Positions 57,098 to 64,000 of a stretch of 64,000 nucleotides of DNA are shown here, one piece after another (position 1 is the first letter of the stretch; the number at the start of each line of letters is the position of its first letter). A model generated the notes under the pieces. The model had not been told where the DNA came from. It was given only the letters and a program-made list of their open reading frames with translations, and did no database searches. The stretch covers positions 1 through 64,000 of IMG/VR virus record IMGVR_UViG_3300023172_000016; one strand, 5' to 3'. This DNA is from a virus. The position numbers and the translations under genes were made by a program.

Positions 57098-57117
57098 AAG
57101 ATTTTTCTGTTAATTGT

Positions 57118-57654
57118 TTATTCGCCTGCCGGCTCGTAATAAATTTCTTCTACCTTAATTGGGAGAATTTTAGCTTCATAGCCTTTGTCCTTCAAGGAAA
57201 CTGGGATTCCAATAACATAATCCTTTCCTTCAATGTTTTCAACACGGTCTACAAGAAACTCTGAATCAAAGAATATCGTTCTTTTATCACCAAATCTATT
57301 TAGGTCGAAATCAAACTCATCAGCATCAGTATCCTTTTCGATCTCCTTTCCTATGGTTGATTTATACTGTCTGGCAAGTCTTTCCCTTTCCTTAGCTATG
57401 ATATCTTTAACATAATCAGGAGCTCCTTTACCTTGTGTTGGAACTTCCGCAATGACAGTAATGCTTTCAACCTGGCCAGCATCCTTTTGTGCTAACATAT
57501 CCCTCAATTGTGGAATAACTTCAGAATATTTAAGCTCCTTCTCTGGTCTTACATTCACATTCTTTCTGAATTTAGACTCGTCGTAAACTGGTGTTACCCC
57601 CTCATATAGGGATTTGCTAAATTCTTCATATAATTTTAGATTGTTCATTTCCAA
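57118..57654 (-). CDS. Hypothetical protein with capsid-targeting-like N-terminus
   Basis: MNNLKLYEEFSKSLYEG; GATATATA at 57668-57675. Confidence 0.6.
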   Translation of the reverse strand: MEMNNLKLYEEFSKSLYEGVTPVYDESKFRKNVNVRPEKELKYSEVIPQLRDMLAQKDAGQVESITVIAEVPTQGKGAPDYVKDIIAKERERLARQYKSTIGKEIEKDTDADEFDFDLNRFGDKRTIFFDSEFLVDRVENIEGKDYVIGIPVSLKDKGYEAKILPIKVEEIYYEPAGE

Positions 57655-57666
57655 AAATTTGTTTCT

Positions 57667-57948
57667 TTATATATCGCCTGATTCCGGATGTTTAGTAATC
57701 TTTACCTCCAAATTATTTGTTCCTTTTATCAAACGATGCCACACCTTAGCCTTTATAAAAAACGTCCCATGACACCTTTGAGGAAGTTCATTGTCTATCT
57801 GGATTTTCCAGTCATTTTCATTTAGGAATTCAACATTACGATCCTCCCAATCTTGATGCCATTTCAGCTCATCGTCGGGTACATCGTGTCTAAAAACCCT
57901 TAGGAATTGGTTCTTACCTAAGCGAGCTTCAGAATATGGATTTACCAC
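57667..57948 (-). CDS. Small cupin-like phage protein
   Basis: ELKWHQDWEDR, WKIQIDNELP, WHRLIKG. Confidence 0.55.
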   Translation of the reverse strand: MVNPYSEARLGKNQFLRVFRHDVPDDELKWHQDWEDRNVEFLNENDWKIQIDNELPQRCHGTFFIKAKVWHRLIKGTNNLEVKITKHPESGDI

Positions 57949-58499
57949 GGATTATTGGATTTAAGACCCAGGAGTTTGTGGTATCTGTGGACATTGCAAG
58001 ACCAGTATCTCGGTTTCCATTTAGGTCCAGGATCTGTACATCTGTGTCTTGCTCTAAACGATTTAGAAGCCTTTGGATCATCGTTCTTTATTCTTTGGCC
58101 TGGTTGTCCAAACCTAACCTTGACAACCTTACCCTCGCCGTTTTTTGTATAAACAGCAAACTTCCTTGTCTCACCAGGAGTTCTAAAAGGCTTGTTGATT
58201 TTTACCTTTCTACCTTGGTATTTTTCCTCGTTAATTTCGAACGGGACGTCAAGTAAAACTTCTTCTCCCCGATATTTAGCTTTTTGTCCAGCTTCTGTAC
58301 TAATAAGGAAAATGTCATCAAGGTCAAGATCTATCTGCTCATTAATCCAAAGGTTTCTAGATTCATTTATTAAATCCAGCCAAGAATCAGATTCTATTCT
58401 ATAAACACTCTCCATTAGGGAAAGGCCCTCTTCTATATGATACCTTAGGGATTCGCTAATATTTTCAGATGTGAATGATGTAAAGCTTCTTAATTTCAT
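57942..58499 (-). CDS. Phage protein with basic C-terminal domain
   Basis: KFAVY, KVRFG, KSFRARH.C, RYWSC; N-terminus MKLRSFTSF..NISES; GATATATA at 58504-58511. Confidence 0.6.
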   Translation of the reverse strand: MKLRSFTSFTSENISESLRYHIEEGLSLMESVYRIESDSWLDLINESRNLWINEQIDLDLDDIFLISTEAGQKAKYRGEEVLLDVPFEINEEKYQGRKVKINKPFRTPGETRKFAVYTKNGEGKVVKVRFGQPGQRIKNDDPKASKSFRARHRCTDPGPKWKPRYWSCNVHRYHKLLGLKSNNPW

Positions 58500-58564
58500 A
58501 TCTTATATATCGGTTTGGTATCCAACGATAGAAGCTTTTTTGGTAGGGTGTTTAATACCTTTTA

Positions 58565-59851
58565 TTATTGATTTGCAGATTCCTTTTGTTTAATCATTTC
58601 AGCTTTTTGTACAGCGGATTTCCTGAAGTAGTCTAAATTTTTTAAAATCCTGTCCTTTTCTTGGTTTGGCAGTGACGGGAAAAAGTCCATTTTTACTACC
58701 GCTTCAGTCTTTTCAAAAGCTACTTCCGGATTCCCAGTATGAAAAGCTGCAAGTGAGTATTCATCTAAAAGTCTCCATTGCCATATATCGGGCTCAACAA
58801 AAAGTATATCAGAGGTCCCCGGGTTCTTCACTGCCATATTACCGTATGTGAATGACATCACCCACCTTCCACGCTCTCTTAACTTTCTCATTGCATGGAA
58901 AACAGCCTCTAACCTCTCCGGTCTATATTCCCAAGCTCTAGAATATGCTTGGATAACCTCATCCGGATGTCTCCCCAGCTGCTCTTTAATTTTACCAATC
59001 ATGTACATTGAATAGTATACCTCTTCTTCCCATCCACCGGCTTCAATTCTTCTTTCATAAGCGTCAATGGCTTTTAACTTTTGTCCGGAGTCACGGTAGC
59101 TTTGTGCAAGATAGAACATGTACCTTGCGTTATCTGGTTCATCTTCCAATGCTTTCTCAAGAATCTCTGCATCATTAGAGTATTTTTCTTCAAGTGAATT
59201 TGCTCTTTTTAAAGGACTAATATCAGCATCCACATGACATCTATCTGAGGGGATTTGATATTGAACCAGTTGCTCTTTTCCGGGAAGATCTAAATACTCG
59301 TGAAGAACCCCCTTATAAACCCAGTCCTGATCAGATCTCACAATCTGAGCACGGTGGTACTGAAGGTTATTTAACTTATAAAGAATTTGGTAGCAATCCA
59401 CATCTTTAGTAAGTCCGTGAAATGGATTAATCGAGCTATCTGTTGCTTGAAAGGTATCATCAGCATCTATGATCCATCGATAGTCACACTTACCCTTTGC
59501 TAATTCCAAGCTCTCTGTGCGGTTTACTTCAAAGTTTACCCAGGGTCTTTCGTGTAATTCGCCCTCGATTCCGAGCTCTTCCATTGTGGAATTGATTTCA
59601 TCTATTGTATTATCAGAAGAACCTGTATCAACTATAACATAATATGAAATATAAGGAGCAACCTGGGTTAAGCACTTTCTAATAGTATCACCTTCGTCCT
59701 TGACAATCATTACCAAACACATACTAATGCCTTGCAATGAGGTATCTACTGGTTTATTTTCCAAAGTAGGATTGGGTACTGCTTTTAGTTTAGGTGTTTT
59801 CTTTTTACTAGAAAGCTTGTTGGATTTTTTCCTCTTAGTTTTAGGTGCCAT
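58565..59851 (-). CDS. GT2 glycosyltransferase with TPR repeats
   Basis: CLVMIVKDE, VDTGSSD.T, IDADD, GVLHE, RYMFYLAQSY. Confidence 0.88.
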   Translation of the reverse strand: MAPKTKRKKSNKLSSKKKTPKLKAVPNPTLENKPVDTSLQGISMCLVMIVKDEGDTIRKCLTQVAPYISYYVIVDTGSSDNTIDEINSTMEELGIEGELHERPWVNFEVNRTESLELAKGKCDYRWIIDADDTFQATDSSINPFHGLTKDVDCYQILYKLNNLQYHRAQIVRSDQDWVYKGVLHEYLDLPGKEQLVQYQIPSDRCHVDADISPLKRANSLEEKYSNDAEILEKALEDEPDNARYMFYLAQSYRDSGQKLKAIDAYERRIEAGGWEEEVYYSMYMIGKIKEQLGRHPDEVIQAYSRAWEYRPERLEAVFHAMRKLRERGRWVMSFTYGNMAVKNPGTSDILFVEPDIWQWRLLDEYSLAAFHTGNPEVAFEKTEAVVKMDFFPSLPNQEKDRILKNLDYFRKSAVQKAEMIKQKESANQ

Positions 59852-59907
59852 AGAAACTTTTATAATGTAGTTTCTATTTATACTAGATAAACTAGAAAAA
59901 TTTCACC

Positions 59908-60612
59908 TTATCCCCGGGCTAGAGAGGTTATTCTTTCTAGAATTAGCTCGTCGTTTAATGTTAACGAAAAATCACCAACAGCCTTTATGTTCTTCCCACT
60001 TTTTCTAGCAACTAGGTCTATGGTTACATAACCAGTTTCATCATCAGGAAATTCCATAGCTTTTTTTGTCTCTTTGTCACAAATTGGATCAAACGAATTT
60101 CTGCTCATTCCAGAACCATTCCAATAAACTAAGGTAAGGTTGTCAAGCTTTCCGTCTAGCACCTTCACTACCTGATTCTCCCTTAGACATTCTATCTTTA
60201 GCGTAGATCCCTTCTTTTTAAATCTTGTAGAGAAGGTTATTAAGAAATATCCCCTTCCGTGTAGTAATCCAGGAATTGTGTTATTCTTAGCAGAAAATAG
60301 GGGAAGAGAACCCTGGAATCTGTGTCTTTTAAATCTGACTCCCAACTCCATTAATGATTTCTCCATTACTGATATAAGCTTATCAACATCAGTATTTGGC
60401 AGATCAAATACAATATGTGGTTGTTTACCACCTATAATTTTAGGGGACTTTATATTAATATCAGAGAAGTACTTCAAGTAATTTAAAAGAACTTCCCAAA
60501 TGGTATCTAACTGTTCCCTTTCAGACAGGTCTACCTTTTTCCTGTGATCCAATTCAGATTGTAGCTTTGAAAGAAAATCTTCAACTACTTTTTCGTTGTG
60601 GTGGGTACTCAT
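59908..60612 (-). CDS. Hypothetical protein
   Basis: 234-aa ORF. Confidence 0.55.
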   Translation of the reverse strand: MSTHHNEKVVEDFLSKLQSELDHRKKVDLSEREQLDTIWEVLLNYLKYFSDINIKSPKIIGGKQPHIVFDLPNTDVDKLISVMEKSLMELGVRFKRHRFQGSLPLFSAKNNTIPGLLHGRGYFLITFSTRFKKKGSTLKIECLRENQVVKVLDGKLDNLTLVYWNGSGMSRNSFDPICDKETKKAMEFPDDETGYVTIDLVARKSGKNIKAVGDFSLTLNDELILERITSLARG

Positions 60613-60613
60613 T

Positions 60614-61033
60614 TTAATTCTTAATTCTTTTCCAGGAGTAATCTGTATCTAACTTAAAGTGCCCGTAGCATGGGAACTTATTTCCCCACTCTTTGGGTGA
60701 GACCAAACTAGCAAAAGTTTCTCCCTTCTTATTTTCATAGAGATATATCTCAGTTCCGATATGAGCCTCAAAGGACATAGAACAATTCCATACAAGTTCA
60801 TTATCCTCAAACTCTCTCAATAGATCAGAGATTTGTTCTTTTATCTCCTCAGCTCTTTTACCAAATTTATGATTGGAATGGATGGCAGCTCTTTGTTTAA
60901 AAAGAGCTAGACCAGAAACATCTATTTTTGGAGACGATACAGAAGTAGCATAAGGTTTTAGGAAAGCATCATACTTTTCAGTACTTTCATCATAAACAAT
61001 GCTATCAGGAAGCTTTTTCTTTCTTTCCTCCAT
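60614..61033 (-). CDS. DUF2452-like protein
   Basis: PYATSVSSPKI, SFE..IG..IYLYE, SLVSPKEW; probable start MEERKKK. Confidence 0.6.
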   Translation of the reverse strand: MEERKKKLPDSIVYDESTEKYDAFLKPYATSVSSPKIDVSGLALFKQRAAIHSNHKFGKRAEEIKEQISDLLREFEDNELVWNCSMSFEAHIGTEIYLYENKKGETFASLVSPKEWGNKFPCYGHFKLDTDYSWKRIKN

Positions 61034-61658
61034 CTTTAGGCTTATAAGGCAAACCAACTTTTTTTACTAACTGCTTATATACGGTTTCAATTTTCTTAGA
61101 TGCGTTTACTTCAACGAGCTTTCTGCTTTTCTTGTATTTCTTTACCAAAGGAAGCGTTTTTTTCCTATAGTCCATAAACCTTTTGGAAATGATCTCTTCG
61201 TCCTGGTCGTCTTTTCTGCCGCTATCCTTGGATCTTTTTATGATCCTCTCCTTTGACTTAGACTCGTCAACGTCCAAGTAAATAACATGATTTAAACCCA
61301 ATCCCATTTTTCCCAAAAGAGAATCAAGAAGCTTAGCTTGTTTTAAATTTCTTGGAAACCCGTCTATAACAATACCCTTTTCTAAGTCAACATTACTTAA
61401 TGCTTTTCTTAACATCCTAGCCATTATGCGATCGGGTATGAAATCTCCTCCCTCTACTATTTTCTTAAGTTCTTTGTCATCAGAATTCCTGATAAGGGCT
61501 CCAGTAGAAATGTGGCTAAAATCATTGCGGTCAACAAGTCTTTTAGATATGGTTCCTTTGCCCGATCCAGGTGGACCCAGAATCACAAGGATTTCCCCTT
61601 GCTTATCTGGTATTTCCCTTTCGTTTATAAAATTTTCGAAGCTTTCAACTCTTTCCAT
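61005..61658 (-). CDS. adk: Adenylate kinase
   Basis: LGPPGSGKGT, HISTGALIR, DGFPRN..QA, GRKDD; start moved to MERVESFENFINERE. Confidence 0.93.
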   Translation of the reverse strand: MERVESFENFINEREIPDKQGEILVILGPPGSGKGTISKRLVDRNDFSHISTGALIRNSDDKELKKIVEGGDFIPDRIMARMLRKALSNVDLEKGIVIDGFPRNLKQAKLLDSLLGKMGLGLNHVIYLDVDESKSKERIIKRSKDSGRKDDQDEEIISKRFMDYRKKTLPLVKKYKKSRKLVEVNASKKIETVYKQLVKKVGLPYKPKDGGKKEKAS

Positions 61659-61675
61659 TTTAATTGTTGATTTTT

Positions 61676-64000
61676 TTAAGATCCACAAGACAAGCAGTCA
61701 TCAGGATTATCCAAGCTACATGATAAATCATCCATAGTTTGATCGGCTAATGCTTTTAATTCCTCGCTAGCTTGCTTGACTGGTTGCTCGACTACTTTAG
61801 GTTGTATCAATTGGACTTGTTCTGGTTTTTCCTTATACTTGCTTGTATCTATACCAAGACCGGAAAGAGCATCTACTGCAGCTTTAGTCCTTAAGTAATA
61901 CATACCAGTTTTAAGACCCATCTTCCAAGAATGGAAGTGAGCAGCAGTTAGCTTGGCAGCATTTACACCTTCAATAAATAAATTGAGAGACTGAGATTGA
62001 CAAATAAACTTACCCCTATCTGCAGACATCTCAATTAAATCCTTCTGCTTGATCTCCCAAACAGTTTTGTAAATCTCCTTAATATCATCAGGTATGTTTG
62101 GTATATTTTGGATTGATCCTTTATGGATAATAATCATGTTCTTCATGTCCTCATCCCAAAGTTCTAGGGAGATAAGATCTTTCACAAGATGCTTATTAAT
62201 AATGACAAACTCACCGCTTAGAGTTCTCCTAGTATAGATGTTGGAAGTAAACGGTTCAAACGCCTCGTTGTTGCCCATTATCTGTGCGGTAGATGCGGTA
62301 GGCATAGGAGCTAAAAGCAACGAGTTTCTAACACCATGCTTCATTACTTCTTTTCTTAGCTTTTTCCAATCCCATCTTCCAGAAAGATCCTCGTCATTAA
62401 CCTGCCATAGATTAAACTGGAATTTACCTTCACTTAAAGGAGATCCCTCAAATGTTTCATAAGCACCAAATTTCTTAGCAAGATCCTTAGATGCAGTCAT
62501 AGCTGCAAAATAGATAGTTTCAAATATTTCAGAATTTGTTTTCCTAGCCTCCTCCGAAGTAAAAGGAATCCCCATAGATGCAAAAAGATCAGCAAGACCC
62601 TGGATACCTATACCAATGGGTCTGTGCCTCATGTTGGATCTCTTTGTTTCTGGTGTAGGGTAGAAGTTAACGTCTATCACTTTATTCAAATTGATAGCTG
62701 TTTGGTAAGATACATCGTAAAGATAGTCATGGTCAACATCACATTTACCCCTCATGATCTTATTGGTCCTTGCGTCAGTTGATTTCAGGAACTTATTTAC
62801 AGGGATTGAAGCAAGGTTACAAACTGCTTGTTCATCCTTATCTGTATATTCTATAATCTCACAACAAAGATTAGATGATTTAATAGTACCTAAATTTTGC
62901 TGGTTTGATTTTCTATTAGCAGAATCTTTGTAAAGAATGTAAGGTGTTCCAGTTTCAATTTGGGATTCTATAATCTTTCCCCAAAGTTCTCTAGCTTTAA
63001 TTGTTTTCCTGGCCTTACCAGCTTTTTCCGCTGCAATATATTGCTCGTTAAATTCGTTCCCATAAACTTCATGTAGTCCAGGTACCTCTGAAGGAGAGAA
63101 CAAAGACCACATTTCGTCTTTTTCCACCCTTTCCATGAATAGATCAGAAACCCACAAGGCTAAGAATAAATCTCTGGCTCTTCTTTCTTCCTTACCTGTA
63201 TTTTTCCTTAGGTCCAGGAAATCTTCAACATCTGCATGCCATGGCTCTAGGTAGATAGCGAAAGATCCTTTTCTCTTACCACCACCTTGATCCACGTACC
63301 TGGCAGTCTCATTGTACACCTTAAGCATCGGAACAATACCGTTTGACTTACCGTTTGTTCCCCTGATGTAGGATCCTGTAGATCTAACATTATGAATTGC
63401 TAACCCAATACCACCAGCATTTTGTGAGATCATGGCAACATCGGAAAGCGTTTTATAAATACCAGGAATTGAATCTTCCTGAACAGTCAAAAGGAAGCAA
63501 GAGGAAAGCTGTGGCTTCTTGGTCCCAGAATTGAAAAGCGTTGGTGTTGCATGTGTCATCATATGTGTAGAGAGAAGCTCATATGTTTTGAGGGCGTTCT
63601 TAATATCGTATCCCCAAATACCAACTGCAACACGCATGTACATGTGTTGTGGTGTTTCAGAAGGAATGCCATGCATTTTTAAGAGATAACTCTTTTCAAG
63701 GGTTTTGAATCCAAAGTATTCGAAGTTAAAATCACGGTCATGAATAATAGCGGAATCCAGCTTGGTCTTATTTTTCATTACCGCTTGATAGGTATCCTCG
63801 CCTATTAGACCAGCTGGTTTCCCAGTTTCTGGATCTACATAGGAATATAGATCCTCGATGGTCTCTGAGAATTTCTTCTTGGTAGATTTATGCAATCTTG
63901 AGATTGCGATCCTTGCAGCAAGAATTGAATAGTCAGGATGGCTTGGTATCATAGATGCAGCAGTCTCTGCAGCTAGATTATCGAGCTCCCCAGTTGAAAT
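61676..64000 (-). CDS. nrdA: Ribonucleotide reductase class Ia alpha subunit (5' end outside window)
   Basis: [61 protein letters not shown]-terminal CLSCGS. Confidence 0.97.
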   Translation of the reverse strand: MSTGELDNLAAETAASMIPSHPDYSILAARIAISRLHKSTKKKFSETIEDLYSYVDPETGKPAGLIGEDTYQAVMKNKTKLDSAIIHDRDFNFEYFGFKTLEKSYLLKMHGIPSETPQHMYMRVAVGIWGYDIKNALKTYELLSTHMMTHATPTLFNSGTKKPQLSSCFLLTVQEDSIPGIYKTLSDVAMISQNAGGIGLAIHNVRSTGSYIRGTNGKSNGIVPMLKVYNETARYVDQGGGKRKGSFAIYLEPWHADVEDFLDLRKNTGKEERRARDLFLALWVSDLFMERVEKDEMWSLFSPSEVPGLHEVYGNEFNEQYIAAEKAGKARKTIKARELWGKIIESQIETGTPYILYKDSANRKSNQQNLGTIKSSNLCCEIIEYTDKDEQAVCNLASIPVNKFLKSTDARTNKIMRGKCDVDHDYLYDVSYQTAINLNKVIDVNFYPTPETKRSNMRHRPIGIGIQGLADLFASMGIPFTSEEARKTNSEIFETIYFAAMTASKDLAKKFGAYETFEGSPLSEGKFQFNLWQVNDEDLSGRWDWKKLRKEVMKHGVRNSLLLAPMPTASTAQIMGNNEAFEPFTSNIYTRRTLSGEFVIINKHLVKDLISLELWDEDMKNMIIIHKGSIQNIPNIPDDIKEIYKTVWEIKQKDLIEMSADRGKFICQSQSLNLFIEGVNAAKLTAAHFHSWKMGLKTGMYYLRTKAAVDALSGLGIDTSKYKEKPEQVQLIQPKVVEQPVKQASEELKALADQTMDDLSCSLDNPDDCLSCGS

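Overview
This 64-kb window is part of a large (jumbo-type) dsDNA phage genome, almost all coded on the minus strand in standard code 11. It has T4-like replication genes: NrdA, two type II topoisomerase subunits, the C-terminal half of a split family-B DNA polymerase next to a probable sliding clamp, a Dda/RecD-like helicase, ThyA and a second thymidylate-synthase-family enzyme, RNase HII and UvsE. It also has many auxiliary genes (GlnII, MgsA, ClpP, DnaJ, thioredoxin, adenylate kinase, a RimK fusion, M42 peptidase) and a dispersed glycan toolkit. A Bacteroidota host is inferred from TAnnTTTG promoter boxes, a tmRNA tag starting GEN, an rrn-type boxA and a T9SS-like cargo protein. The most interesting part is the RNA island at about 27.3-37.8 kb. 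(1) It holds 13 canonical tRNAs and a tmRNA, preceded by an unannotated 26-codon leader ORF with terminator/antiterminator pairing. Twelve of the leader's first 16 codons are each read by a different tRNA of the array, which suggests an attenuator that senses tRNA depletion. (2) A DUF2828 (TROVE/Ro60-like)-vWA gene is followed by small RNAs with a covarying stem and a UACAGCAA motif, a candidate Ro/Y-RNA-like system. (3) Several tRNA-like and structured spacer RNAs lie between the tRNAs. About ten proteins also carry an N-terminal motif resembling the T4 capsid-targeting sequence, mostly behind a GATATATA late-promoter-like box. All calls come from reading the sequence by eye; no database search or folding program was run.
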